DNA of 24,000 nucleotides from Methanobacteriota archaeon (GTDB lineage Archaea; Halobacteriota; Methanomicrobia; Methanomicrobiales; Methanoculleaceae): NCBI GenBank assembly GCA_016841955.1, contig JAENYE010000002.1, positions 165,344 to 189,343 of the forward strand, read 5' to 3'. Shown piece by piece: positions 23,860 to 24,000 of this stretch (position 1 is its first letter; each line of letters starts with the position of its first letter). The notes under the pieces were generated by a model. It saw only the letters and a program-made list of their open reading frames with translations, ran no database searches and was not told where the DNA came from. The position numbers and the translations under genes were made by a program.

Positions 23860-24000
23860 ATTGTATAACTAATTGTTATGATATCGCGATGATAATACTT
23901 TCTTAATGGTACCTCCGAGGGGACGCTCGACCAGAGAGAATACAGCTCGCATTCGCTTCGAGAGATTGAAGCGAGAGCTTCCCATCGATATTTACGGCTC

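Noticed and set aside
23906-24000. A possible 5' end of a plus-strand CDS (ATGGTACCTCCGAGG..., MVPPRGRSTRENTARIRFERLKRELPIDIYG) running off the window.
   Set aside because: Only about 31 codons are visible and I recognise no motif, so it cannot be supported.
1-24000. CRISPR arrays, rRNA genes and additional tRNAs.
   Set aside because: I saw no regularly spaced direct repeats and no rRNA-like or further cloverleaf-compatible segments when reading the window.

Overview
This is a high-GC chromosomal segment from a euryarchaeal methanogen. I infer a Methanomicrobiales-like host from the coenzyme F430 (cfb) genes, a methanogenesis-marker-domain-9 protein, archaeal TATA boxes and leaderless starts. 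All calls rest on motif reading by eye, since no searches were possible.

Layout, left to right:
- 1-3.6 kb: a DNA-repair neighbourhood with the C-terminal part of an SF1B helicase, a MutY-like HhH-GPD glycosylase that lacks the Fe-S cysteines, and the UV-damage endonuclease UvdE.
- 3.6-5.7 kb: four tandem minus-strand paralogs of small single-domain fasciclin (FAS1) proteins without signal peptides. Each has its own TATA box.
- 5.9-8.9 kb: a tightly overlapped minus-strand operon of Hjc-like nuclease, NifR3-like TIM barrel with Cys-rich marker domain 9, CitG-like protein and DUF447.
- 9.0-13.0 kb: cfbA-cfbE-cfbD-cfbB (F430 biosynthesis). No cfbC is present in the window.
- 13.1-15.4 kb: ilvE and a second NifD/E-like paralog.
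- 15479-15551: tRNA-Glu(UUC).
- 22.5-23.8 kb: host-like sequence resumes with an ICMT-family methyltransferase and a wHTH regulator.

The main finding starts exactly at the tRNA 3' end. Base composition drops sharply there: hand counts of single 60-nt lines give 42/60 GC at 10021-10080 and 21/60 GC at 20641-20700. The low-GC block runs about 6-7 kb, from 15552 to roughly 21.8-22.5 kb. It carries an internally deleted IS256-type transposase pseudogene, a small membrane protein, and two convergent two-gene modules of orphan proteins. One module pairs a protein with a wHTH-like C-terminus with a 582-aa protein whose C-terminus shows a CoiA-like PD-(D/E)XK nuclease signature. This island is the best candidate for an undescribed system, either a defence or mobile-element module. 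Its function cannot be assigned from sequence alone.
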